64,000 nucleotides of DNA from Candidatus Aminicenantales bacterium (lineage in GTDB: Bacteria; Acidobacteriota; Aminicenantia; Aminicenantales; UBA4085). The position numbers were made by a program, and so were the translations under genes. Where the stretch lies: positions 62,001 to 126,000 of the forward strand of contig JBEKTZ010000006.1 in the NCBI GenBank assembly GCA_049515535.1, written 5' to 3'. Below the pieces are notes generated by a model. It was not told the origin of the DNA, did not search any database, and worked only from the letters and a program-made list of their open reading frames with translations. Positions 47,317 through 56,832 of the stretch are shown piece by piece (positions within the stretch are counted from its first letter, which is position 1; each line of letters starts with the position of its first letter).

Positions 47317-50300
47317 ATGAAAATCGCGAAATACGCTATCGATCGGCCGGTGACGACCATGATGTTCTACCTGGCCATCGTCCTGCTCGGCCTGATTTCC
47401 CTGCGTCAGTTGAGCGTCGACCTCATGCCGAACATCAGCTATCCGCGCCTGTCGGTCATGACCGAATATTCAGGCGTCGCCCCTGAGGAAGTCGAGACGC
47501 TGGTCACGGCCCCGCTGGAAGCGGCGGTCGGGCGCATCCCCGGCCTACGGCGCGTCGAGTCGGTGTCCAAGGAGGGCGTCTCCTTCCTGACCCTCGAGTT
47601 TGCCTGGGGCTCGAACATGGACTTTACCATGCTCCATACGCGCGAGGCGCTGGACAGCACGCGCGAGAGCCTGCCCGAAGGCGCCCGCAGTCCGACGATC
47701 ATCCCCATGGACCCGCAGAGCAAGCCGATCCTCGTTCTAGCCTTGTCCGGCGAGGGGGGACTGCTCGATCTCAAGGAATTCGGCGAGGAACTGGTCAAGC
47801 CGCGCCTCGAACAGATTGACGGCATCGCCTCGGCCGAGATTACCGGAGGGATCGAGCGCGAGATCCAGGTCGAGATCGATCCGAACCGGCTGGCCCTCTA
47901 TGGGCTGACGATCGACGAGGTGGCCGCGCGCATTGACGCCTTCAACCGCAACCTCCAGGGCGGGACGATCCGCAAGGGCACGTTCAAGTACGCCATCCGT
48001 GTGGTCGGCGAATTCGAGACGGTCAAGGAGATCGGCGAGATCGGCCTGAAGACGACCAAAGAGCGGGGTGTGGTCCGCCTTCTGGATATCGCCCGCATCC
48101 AGGATTCGATCAAGGAGAGGCAGGGGATGACCCGGCTCGACCGGAAAGAGAGCATCGGCATCCTGGTGCACAAGGAAGCCGGGGCCAACACCGTCCAGAC
48201 GACGAAGCTGGCCAAGTCCGTGCTCGAGCAGATCCGCAAGGAGAATCCCAAGATCAACGTTTTCATCGTCTCCGAGCAGGCCGCCTATATCGAGTCGGTC
48301 GTCGCCGCCGTCAACGACGAAATCGTCCAGGGCGCGATCTTGGTTTTTCTCGTTGTCCTGCTTTTTCTCCAGGAATTCAAGACCCCGATCATTATCAACA
48401 TCGTCATCCCCATCTCGATCATCGCCACGTTCAACCTCATGTACTTCTGCCACATCACCCTCAACATCATGTCGCTGGGCGGACTGGCCTTGGGGGTGGG
48501 CATGCTCGACGACTGCGCCGACGTCGTTTCGGAAAACATCTTTCGCCACCGGAGCATGGGCAAGAAGACGGCCCAGGCGGCCTATGACGGCGTGCGCGAG
48601 GTCGGCGGCGCGGTCGCGGCTACGGCCTTGACTACGGTCGTCGTCTTCCTGCCGATCATCTACGTCCGCGGTATCGCCGGCCCTCTATTCAAGGACGCGG
48701 CCTTGACCGTCAGCTTCTCGCTGCTGGCGTCGATGATGCTGGCCCTGACCCTCCTTCCCATGCTGCAGGGACGATGGGTCAAAAAGCGGGCCGAGTTGGG
48801 ATTGCCGCAAAAAATGGAACCGGTCGATTTCGGTCTGCCGAAAAGACCGGCGCGGCGTTTTTCGTTTCTCCTTTGGCCCTGGAAGGGATTGCGCTGGATC
48901 CTCTATAAGATCCCCCGGGGCGTGCTCGCGGTTTTGCGGGCCGTCCTGGGAACCTTGTGGGACGGACTGAAGACCATCGCCGAAGTCCTGGCTTGGCCCT
49001 TCCGCCACCTTTTAAAGCTGGTTTTCCGGGGCTTCAACGCCGTCTATCATCCGTTCGTCAAGCGCTATCGTGGCTGGCTTGTCTGGAGCCTGAACCATAA
49101 GCGCATCATCGGGGCGGTGACGATCGTATTCTTCGCCGTGACGTTCGTCATCGGCTACCGGCTGCCTCGTGAGCACATGCCCAAGATCAAGGCCATCTCC
49201 TTCGAGGTGAGCCTGAAAACGCCCGTCGATTACTCGCTCGACCAAACCGCGGGCGTCGTCCAGACGCTCGAGCAGCACCTCCAGACGATTCGGACGGTGA
49301 AGAAGACCTTTTCCCAGATCGGGCTGGTCAGCGGCATGGAAAGCTTGAACCCGGACGTTGCCCTCAACGCGGCCAAGATCTACGTTGAGGTCGCTTCGCC
49401 CGCTGATTGGGAACCGGCTCTCATCAGCCTGCGGCGGAAGCTGGCCGATTTTCCCGACGTCACGTATTCCATCGCCGGAGAGCAATCCGTTCTGGCCGAT
49501 TTCCTGACGTTTTCCTCGAGCGAGATCAGCCTCAAAGTCCAGGGATTGGAGCTGGACCGCCTGAACGCCATTGCCCGCGATTTGGTCGGCCGTTTGAGGA
49601 CGGTCCGCGGGCTCGTCGATTTAAGCGCCGCGAGCGGCGAGGGCAAGCCGGAATTCCGGATCAAAATCCGCAAGGACGCCCTCGACAAATACGTCGGGCT
49701 CACGCCCGGAGAGATCAGCGGCTGGCTGGTCAACGCCGTACGGGGGAAGAAAGCCACGCAGTTCAACGAGATGGAGAAGAAATACGACGTCTGGGTCCGG
49801 TTGGGCGAGTCGTCGCGGGCCACCCTCGATTCGATCCTCAACGGCGAGCTCCCGCATCAAGGGACGCTTATCCCGCTGCGAGAGCTGGTCACGGTGGAAC
49901 CCGCGCGGGGGCCGCAGGAAATCCGCCGCGAGAACCAGCAACGGGAGATTGTGGTCTCGGCCAACCTCCAGGGCGCCAAACTCAGCCAGGTCGTTCCGGC
50001 CATTAACGCGGCCATCAAGCAAATCAAGCTCCCCGAGGGCTATCAAATTGTCTTTGGCGGCGAACAGGAGGAAATGAACAAATCTTTCCAAAGCCTGATG
50101 CTGGCGCTTGGGTTAGCCGTCTTACTGACGTACATGATCATGGCCGCCCAGTTCGAGTCTCTTCTGCATCCGTTCCTGGTCATGCTGACGCTCCCGATGG
50201 GCGCGGCCGGCGCCTTCGTTTCGCTGTGGGCCGGCGGGCAGACGCTCAACGTCATGGCCATCATTGGCATGGTCGTCCTGGTCGGGCTGGTGGTGGACGA

Positions 50301-50631
50301 TGCCATCGTCGAGATCGACTTCATCAATCAACTGCGGCGCGGCGGAAAGGGCCTGCGGGATTCCGTCGTCGAAGGGTGCATGACGCGGCTGCGAGCCATC
50401 TTGATGGCCTCGCTGGACACAGTCGCCGGGCTCATCCCCATGGCCCTGGGCCTTGAGCGCGGATCAGAGCTCTTGAAGCCCCTGGGCATTGTCGTGGCCG
50501 GCGGGTTGTTGTTCTCGACCCTGCTGACGTTGATTTTGATTCCTGTCGTCTATGAGGCGGTCGAAGCGCGGAAAGAGCGGCGGGGCATCGGCGTCCATGC
50601 GGGCATCGTCGCCGAAACCGCGGCGGAGTAG
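47317..50631 (+). CDS. RND efflux permease subunit A (AcrB/AcrD/AcrF family)
   Basis: AI.RPV, LN.MSL.GL, QFES..HP, 12 TMs, two large periplasmic loops. Confidence 0.93.
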   Translation: MKIAKYAIDRPVTTMMFYLAIVLLGLISLRQLSVDLMPNISYPRLSVMTEYSGVAPEEVETLVTAPLEAAVGRIPGLRRVESVSKEGVSFLTLEFAWGSNMDFTMLHTREALDSTRESLPEGARSPTIIPMDPQSKPILVLALSGEGGLLDLKEFGEELVKPRLEQIDGIASAEITGGIEREIQVEIDPNRLALYGLTIDEVAARIDAFNRNLQGGTIRKGTFKYAIRVVGEFETVKEIGEIGLKTTKERGVVRLLDIARIQDSIKERQGMTRLDRKESIGILVHKEAGANTVQTTKLAKSVLEQIRKENPKINVFIVSEQAAYIESVVAAVNDEIVQGAILVFLVVLLFLQEFKTPIIINIVIPISIIATFNLMYFCHITLNIMSLGGLALGVGMLDDCADVVSENIFRHRSMGKKTAQAAYDGVREVGGAVAATALTTVVVFLPIIYVRGIAGPLFKDAALTVSFSLLASMMLALTLLPMLQGRWVKKRAELGLPQKMEPVDFGLPKRPARRFSFLLWPWKGLRWILYKIPRGVLAVLRAVLGTLWDGLKTIAEVLAWPFRHLLKLVFRGFNAVYHPFVKRYRGWLVWSLNHKRIIGAVTIVFFAVTFVIGYRLPREHMPKIKAISFEVSLKTPVDYSLDQTAGVVQTLEQHLQTIRTVKKTFSQIGLVSGMESLNPDVALNAAKIYVEVASPADWEPALISLRRKLADFPDVTYSIAGEQSVLADFLTFSSSEISLKVQGLELDRLNAIARDLVGRLRTVRGLVDLSAASGEGKPEFRIKIRKDALDKYVGLTPGEISGWLVNAVRGKKATQFNEMEKKYDVWVRLGESSRATLDSILNGELPHQGTLIPLRELVTVEPARGPQEIRRENQQREIVVSANLQGAKLSQVVPAINAAIKQIKLPEGYQIVFGGEQEEMNKSFQSLMLALGLAVLLTYMIMAAQFESLLHPFLVMLTLPMGAAGAFVSLWAGGQTLNVMAIIGMVVLVGLVVDDAIVEIDFINQLRRGGKGLRDSVVEGCMTRLRAILMASLDTVAGLIPMALGLERGSELLKPLGIVVAGGLLFSTLLTLILIPVVYEAVEARKERRGIGVHAGIVAETAAE

Positions 50632-50639
50632 GAGCGGCC

Positions 50640-53600
50640 ATGAAATTCTTCGTCGACCGGCCGGTGGCGACGGCCATGATCTTTCTCTCGCTCCTCGTCC
50701 TGGGCGTTTACTCGTTTCTCAATACCCCGCTCGAACTGGAGCCCAATGAGAATTATCCGCAAGTCGATATCCAGACTTCCTGGCCGGGCGTTCCGCCCGA
50801 GATCATCCAGACCAAGATCACGGCCCCGCTCGAAGAAGTCGCGGCAACGGTCAAGGGCGTCCAAAAGATGACTTCAACTTCGGCCATCGGCTTGTCGCAG
50901 ATCACGCTCGAGTTCAGCTCCAAAACGAACATGGAGTTCGCCACCCTCGCCCTACGCGAGAACATCGACCAGGTGCGACGGCGCAGCGATTTCCCTGCCG
51001 GAGTAAGGCCTATCGTCCAAGCCTACGTTCCGGAAGATTTCCGCGTCCGGCCGTTCCTGAGCTACACGGTCTCGGGAAACTATTCCCTGCAAAAACTTCG
51101 GGAGCTGGTCAAGGACAAGATCGAATTCGGCTTGGGATCGGTTTCCGGCGTAGGCCACGTCGGCGTCTCCGGAGGGTCCAATCCCGAAGTCCGGGTCACG
51201 CTGGACAAGGCCGCTCTTAAGGCTCTTAACATCGAACCCTACCAGGTCATGATGGCCATCCGCGATCGGCTGAGTATCTATCCTTCGGGGCGCGTCGTCC
51301 AGGGGACGCAGGAATATCTTTTCAAGTTCACGGATGCGGCCCGGGACATGCGCGAGATCGGAGAAACGGTCGTCGGTGCGGCCGGAGCTCATCCTGTCCG
51401 GGTCCGCGACGTAGCCCAAGTCGGATTGGCTTACGGCGACGTTTACTCCATCCGCCGCATCAACGGCCGGCCGACGATCGGCGTGACCGTCATCAAAGAG
51501 AAGGGCACCAATACCCTGCAGGTATCCCGTGAGGTCAAGCGCAAGGTCGAGGAGATCAAGCGCAGCCTGCCCGGCGATCTCGATTTCAAGATCGTCGACG
51601 ACGAGAGCCAGGAGATCCGTCAGAACCTCAACGATCTTTATCGCCTGGCCGCGATCATCACGGCCATCGTTTTTCTCATGATTTTCGTAGTCCTGCGGCG
51701 CTCCAAGCCGTCCCTGCTCATCCTCTCCTCGATCGCGTTTTCCGTGGTCATCACCTTTCTGCTCATCTATGCGTTCAAGATCTCGCTCAACATGCTGACC
51801 CTCGGCGCCCTGGCCCTCGGGTTCGGCATGTTCGTCGACGACGCGATTGTCGTCTTCGACAACATCCTGCGCCAACGGGAGAAGGGGCTTTCCCCGCGCG
51901 AGGCTGCGGTCCAAGGTCCGAAGGAGGTGTTCACCGCCGTCCTGGCGTCGACGTTGACCACGGTCTCGGTCTTCTGTTGTTTCCCGTTTTTCCAGGGGCG
52001 GCTCAAGATCTTTTATCTGCCGCTGGCCATCGTCATGACCTCAGCCCTCCTGGCTTCGCTGGTCGTTTCGTTCACGGTCATTCCAGCGCTCTCGCCCCGG
52101 CTCCTGCGTGAACGGAAGATCAAGGCCCCCAAGCGAATGCGAGGACGGTTTGACCGGGTCCTGCGCTTTTTTCTTCGTCATCCGATCGAGGTCGTTCTCG
52201 TCGTCGCCGCGATTCTCTTCGGGACCTATAAGTGGTTCCGGGCCGAAGTCACGATCGGAGAATGGTTCCGTTGGTATTCCAAGGATTTTCTCTACGTCAG
52301 CGTCGGCATGCCGCCGGGCACCGATATTTCCAGGACCGACACGGCCATCCGGATGTTCGAAACCAAGGTCATGGAGCAACCCTACGCCAAGGACATGAAT
52401 GCCGACATCGCGTCTGAAAACGCTTCCATTCGGATCGGCTTTCCGCCGGACATCGAGCGTTCGTACCGGCCCTATGCCCTCAAGGAAGAATTGATCCAGT
52501 TGGCCACCCAATTCGCCGGCCTGAACATCAACGTCAGCGGGTTCGACCAGCAGTATTACTACTCGAGCATGGGAACGGGGACGTCTTACAGCTCGCAGAT
52601 CAAGTTCTTCGGCTACAATCTCAAGAAACTCAAGGAGATCACGGCCGACCTGGAGGGAACGTTGAAACGCAATCCGCGCATCAAGGAAGTGCGGACGGTG
52701 TCCAGCCGCTACGGCTGGTGGCGCGGGGATACCTTCGAGAACATTCTCAAGATCGACAAGGCCGCCCTGCGCCAGTACGACGTCGATCCCTTGTACCTGT
52801 ATTATTATCTCCAGACGCTCCTGCGCGGACAATTCGGCTCCCCGGCCAGGATGCAGATGGAAGGTAAGGAGATCATTATCTCGGTTAAGTTCCCCGACGC
52901 CGAGACGCTCGACATGCGGGCTTTGCGCGAAACCTTGATCCGGACACGGGGCGGCGAGTATCTGCGCCTGGGGCAGGTCGCCTCTTTCGATGAACGGCCG
53001 ATTGCCGGTTCCATCGACCGCGAGAACCAGCAATTCCAGCAGACGATCATGTGGGAGTTTCGCGGCCCGTCAAAGGCCGAGGAACGCTACCGGAAAAGCG
53101 TTTTTGCCAGCCTCCATCTCCCGGCCGGATTTTCGGCGGTGATGGAGGAAAGCTATCGAATGACCGAGAAGGAAAAAGGCCAGATCACCATGGCCATCGT
53201 CATATCGTTGGCCCTCATCTTCATGATCCTGGCTTCGCTCTACGAATCCCTGGTCCAGCCCTTTCTCATCCTGCTGGCCGTGCCGCTCGAATTGATAGGG
53301 GTCTTCATCGCTTTCATCGTCGCCGGGGCGGCCTTCGACGCCTCGGCTTACATCGGCGTCGTTCTTCTCGGCGGGATCGTGGTCAAGAACGCCATCCTGC
53401 TCGTCGATCACATGAATTTGAAGAGGCGCCAGGGACGGCCCCTGCTCGACGCCGTCGTCGAGGGCACGCGGGACCGGCTTCGGCCGATCATCATGACCAC
53501 AGGGACAACCGTTTTCGGTATCATGCCCATGTTGCTCCTGACCGCCGCAACGGGGAGGCGCCAGATCTGGAACGCGTTGGCTTTATGCACCGCCGGCGGG

Positions 53601-53726
53601 CTGGTCAGCTCAACTCTCTTCATTCTGGCCGTCGTGCCGATTTTCTATTATTACGTGGAGAAATGGCGAGTCCGAAGAACTTATCAAATGCAGAATGCAG
53701 ATCACTCCGAGTCGGTAGAATTGTAA
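50640..53726 (+). CDS. RND efflux permease subunit B (AcrB/AcrD/AcrF family)
   Basis: VDDAIVV, VVKNAILLVD, RLRPIIMTT. Confidence 0.93.
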   Translation: MKFFVDRPVATAMIFLSLLVLGVYSFLNTPLELEPNENYPQVDIQTSWPGVPPEIIQTKITAPLEEVAATVKGVQKMTSTSAIGLSQITLEFSSKTNMEFATLALRENIDQVRRRSDFPAGVRPIVQAYVPEDFRVRPFLSYTVSGNYSLQKLRELVKDKIEFGLGSVSGVGHVGVSGGSNPEVRVTLDKAALKALNIEPYQVMMAIRDRLSIYPSGRVVQGTQEYLFKFTDAARDMREIGETVVGAAGAHPVRVRDVAQVGLAYGDVYSIRRINGRPTIGVTVIKEKGTNTLQVSREVKRKVEEIKRSLPGDLDFKIVDDESQEIRQNLNDLYRLAAIITAIVFLMIFVVLRRSKPSLLILSSIAFSVVITFLLIYAFKISLNMLTLGALALGFGMFVDDAIVVFDNILRQREKGLSPREAAVQGPKEVFTAVLASTLTTVSVFCCFPFFQGRLKIFYLPLAIVMTSALLASLVVSFTVIPALSPRLLRERKIKAPKRMRGRFDRVLRFFLRHPIEVVLVVAAILFGTYKWFRAEVTIGEWFRWYSKDFLYVSVGMPPGTDISRTDTAIRMFETKVMEQPYAKDMNADIASENASIRIGFPPDIERSYRPYALKEELIQLATQFAGLNINVSGFDQQYYYSSMGTGTSYSSQIKFFGYNLKKLKEITADLEGTLKRNPRIKEVRTVSSRYGWWRGDTFENILKIDKAALRQYDVDPLYLYYYLQTLLRGQFGSPARMQMEGKEIIISVKFPDAETLDMRALRETLIRTRGGEYLRLGQVASFDERPIAGSIDRENQQFQQTIMWEFRGPSKAEERYRKSVFASLHLPAGFSAVMEESYRMTEKEKGQITMAIVISLALIFMILASLYESLVQPFLILLAVPLELIGVFIAFIVAGAAFDASAYIGVVLLGGIVVKNAILLVDHMNLKRRQGRPLLDAVVEGTRDRLRPIIMTTGTTVFGIMPMLLLTAATGRRQIWNALALCTAGGLVSSTLFILAVVPIFYYYVEKWRVRRTYQMQNADHSESVEL

Positions 53727-53819
53727 TGGTCCGCGGACGGATATATCTTTTTCTTGTGAGGGACGGTAACGATTCCGAGCTTAACGGGAGGGATCGTCGC
53801 CTTGCGCGAAAATGCAACT

Positions 53820-53835
53820 TGCTTTAGCTAAAGCA
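53820..53835. promoter_or_regulatory. Perfect 16-bp palindrome TGCTTTAGCTAAAGCA, possible operator
   Basis: Self-complementary; ~20 bp upstream of the ATG at 53856. Confidence 0.4.
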
Positions 53836-53855
53836 TGAAATTGCGAGGAGGAAAG

Positions 53856-54983
53856 ATGAAAAAACCAATCGCCCTTTTGGCGTTGACCGGCGCCCTTTGT
53901 TTGACCGCCGCCACCGCCGACCTCCTGACTTCTTATCAAACGGGGGAAATCAAGCTCGTCGCCGATCCCGGTTTCGGTGGCAAGACAGTGTGGGACATGC
54001 TCTTTCAACCCGCCGACGACCGTTCCATCGCCTTCCTCTCCGACGGAAGTTTTTTCCGTGCCGCTTCGAAAGATTCAAGAATCTACAAATTCAACGCCGC
54101 CGGCGAAAAAATCTTCGAGTTCGGCGCGAAGGGCCAGGGACCCGGCGACCTCATGAACCCGAACGGACTGGGCATCCTCGACGATAAAACGCTCGTGGTT
54201 AATGATTCCGGAAACAAGCGCCTCTCCCTATTCGACCTCACCGGAAAATTCGTCAAGAGCGTAAAAACGAACGACTCGACGACGTCGCTCGTTGCCCTCT
54301 GCAATGGAAAGGTCGCGCTCGTCACATGGCCGGTCGGCCAGAGCCCGGCGAACTCTATCTTTTGGCGCAATTGCATCGTCCTCAAGGACCTCGAAACCGG
54401 CGCTGAGACCGAGCTCGCGTCATTCGAGGATTTGCAGCCGCGGTCGGCATTCGTCGCAAAAATCGGCCAGTTCATCGGAGCGGCGCAAATCGTCCGGCTT
54501 GGGCCCGACAAGCTAGTCGTTGGCTATACAAAAAGCCGGGATATCGCGATTTATTCGGCAGAGGGTAAAAAACTGGCCTCTTTCGCCTTGGACCTCGAGC
54601 GGGTGAAGATCACGTTCGACCATCTCCTCTATATCAACGACTCGAGCTCGGATAGCGAGAAAGACAAGGAGATGGGCCGGAAAATCTTCACGATGAACAA
54701 GGCAAAAATCGAGCTTCCTGAATACCATCCCTACTACTCCGACCTCGCCGTCGATTCGGACGGACATATTCTTGTCTATTTGAACGGGTTGGCCAAGATG
54801 ACGCGAGACGTCGCGTTCCAGGCGTATTCGGCCGACGGAAAGCTTCTCGCCTCGGTCAAGGTCAATCCCGGGGATTACGCGCCTGCCGTCATCAGGAGTT
54901 TTTATAAGAATTTCGGCTTCACCACGCTGGCGACCAGGGACGGCACTTCGAGCCTTCTCGCGCGAATTAAAATCGGCATGTGA
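53856..54983 (+). CDS. Secreted 6-bladed beta-propeller protein 4
   Basis: GAGGAGG RBS; signal peptide; YQTGEIKL (cf. YKTGKVRF in 46120), GAKGQGPGDL, VDSDGHILV. Confidence 0.85.
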   Translation: MKKPIALLALTGALCLTAATADLLTSYQTGEIKLVADPGFGGKTVWDMLFQPADDRSIAFLSDGSFFRAASKDSRIYKFNAAGEKIFEFGAKGQGPGDLMNPNGLGILDDKTLVVNDSGNKRLSLFDLTGKFVKSVKTNDSTTSLVALCNGKVALVTWPVGQSPANSIFWRNCIVLKDLETGAETELASFEDLQPRSAFVAKIGQFIGAAQIVRLGPDKLVVGYTKSRDIAIYSAEGKKLASFALDLERVKITFDHLLYINDSSSDSEKDKEMGRKIFTMNKAKIELPEYHPYYSDLAVDSDGHILVYLNGLAKMTRDVAFQAYSADGKLLASVKVNPGDYAPAVIRSFYKNFGFTTLATRDGTSSLLARIKIGM

Positions 54984-55472
54984 CACCCTTTTTCTCCGCT
55001 GACGACGGATTTGTTTTGCTACGGTTTATCCGATGAATACCGGATTTGCGTCGCCGACGCCGAGGGACGGACGGCCTATATCATCGCCAAGGACGAGAAA
55101 CCTCAATCCATTTCGGGCAAGGAGAAGGACCTGACGAAAAAAGACGGCATCTTCGTTTGGATGGGAACGAGCGAAAAGCCTTTGGACGCCGTTATTTTTC
55201 CCGACCATCGCCCGTTTTTCGGGAATATCATGAGCGACGATGCCGGCCGTCTCTACGTCGTGAGATCGTGGTCCATCCTCGACAAGGACGCGCCCCGCCA
55301 CATCGACGTCTTTTCAAAAGACGGAATTTTCCTCTACCGGATGCCGTGGAATTTCATCCCCTCCGCCATTAAGAACGGATTTCTCTATGAAATTCACACG
55401 GACGAGGAGACCGGAGAGATAACGATCGTCCGCCATAAGGTCAAGAATTGGGACGCGATGAAAACCGGCTGA
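54984..55472 (+). pseudogene. C-terminal fragment of a propeller paralog
   Basis: YG.S.EY.I.VAD.EG, DDAGRLYV, DVFSKDG.FLYR, KNWD.MK match the C-half of 44696; no start or signal peptide. Confidence 0.75.
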
Positions 55473-55498
55473 GAGAGCGGTGACCCGAGCCTTTATTC

Positions 55499-56629
55499 TC
55501 ACTTTATATCGTATATAGCTAGTTCTAAATATCCGGAATCTTTCTCTCTGAGACAGTAAAATTTATGGCCTTTAATACGCGCCCATAGCTGGCCTTCCCA
55601 AACATGAATATTTAAGCTTTTTCTTCCAATAAAAACGCCCTCTTGGTTGAAAATGTCCAGCATGAAATCTCCCGGGCTATTGCCTTTTTCGAACGTCGAC
55701 ACCAAAAGCATTCCATCATCTCCGGCGACTAGGGATCGAACGGGAGGATAGCATTCCGGGAAATAGGCAATATGTCTCAAGTTGTTTGGCACATGATTGA
55801 GCATTTCCTTTTTGTCGCTTTCGGAAATGGAAATTTTTCGATATTCTTTTCGTATTTTACGTACCAATTTTCCTTGGAAATCATAAACCCAAATCTCATA
55901 ACCTTTGTCTTCATTCGCCACATAGATATTGTCACGCGATGCACTCCAGCAAAATATCGGCTCGATCGCCCGGAATTTCTCTCGTTCCATCTTAAAGCTA
56001 TAACCATCTAAGACGCTTATTTCCTTTAAATCGGAATTCAGCAGTTTTAGGGAAAATGACTGCTTGGAATTGACGGGATCGAATGAATTATCCAAAACAA
56101 GCAAACCTGTTTTGGGGCCGGATGTGACTTTTACGGCGTTTCTTGCTATTTCATAGCCGCTAATAAAAAGCCCATCTTTGTCATATTTATTCAGGGGATA
56201 TCTTCCTAAATCGGAAATAACGATATGATCTTCGCTGTCCAATAAAATATATCTTGGGTTCCCCAGCTCTCCCGGCCCCTCTCCTTTAAACCCAAATGAT
56301 TTTACATATTTTCCATTTCCATCAAATTTAAAAATATAATTTCCTTTATTGACGAATCCTAAAAAAAATATTTCGCCCCGGGAATTGACCTCGAAACCGA
56401 GGATATGGGCAAGGCCAAGATTAATGATATCGTCTCTCTCCGTATCAATTTTAAATTTTTCTTCCAAGGCTAGAGAGCTTGTCTTGTTGATTTTGTATGG
56501 TTCCAAATGATTGATGACGACTTCTACTCCATTTTCGAAAGCCCTCTCTACTTGGCCTTGCTTCTTGCCGCAACAAATAAAAAGAAAAAAACAGAATATT
56601 AAGGATATCCAATTTCTTATGTTTCTCAT
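55499..56629 (-). CDS. 6-bladed beta-propeller lipoprotein 5 (AT-rich)
   Basis: ICCGKK lipobox; ENGVEVVIN..EP, FDGNGKY, GEGPGEL, DIFN.EG. Confidence 0.82.
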   Translation of the reverse strand: MRNIRNWISLIFCFFLFICCGKKQGQVERAFENGVEVVINHLEPYKINKTSSLALEEKFKIDTERDDIINLGLAHILGFEVNSRGEIFFLGFVNKGNYIFKFDGNGKYVKSFGFKGEGPGELGNPRYILLDSEDHIVISDLGRYPLNKYDKDGLFISGYEIARNAVKVTSGPKTGLLVLDNSFDPVNSKQSFSLKLLNSDLKEISVLDGYSFKMEREKFRAIEPIFCWSASRDNIYVANEDKGYEIWVYDFQGKLVRKIRKEYRKISISESDKKEMLNHVPNNLRHIAYFPECYPPVRSLVAGDDGMLLVSTFEKGNSPGDFMLDIFNQEGVFIGRKSLNIHVWEGQLWARIKGHKFYCLREKDSGYLELAIYDIK

Positions 56630-56832
56630 GATCCCCCCCCTCCTTTGATGCATTTATTTGCCCAATGCCATGCAAAGGATAGTTCATTCTACACGATATA
56701 GAGCCGCGCGTGCAAGATGACGAATCGGGCGGCGGCAGGGATCTCGCTGGACAAAAAAGGTCTATCGGTGTAAAAATAGCTAAAACAGGGAAAAGAGATC
56801 CGGGCGAAGCAGCCGAAAATAAAGAGACGGAC

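Noticed and set aside
54981..55472. Read-through extension of propeller 4
   Set aside because: The segment is in frame after the TGA, but propeller 4 is already full length and the downstream part matches the C-half of another paralog.
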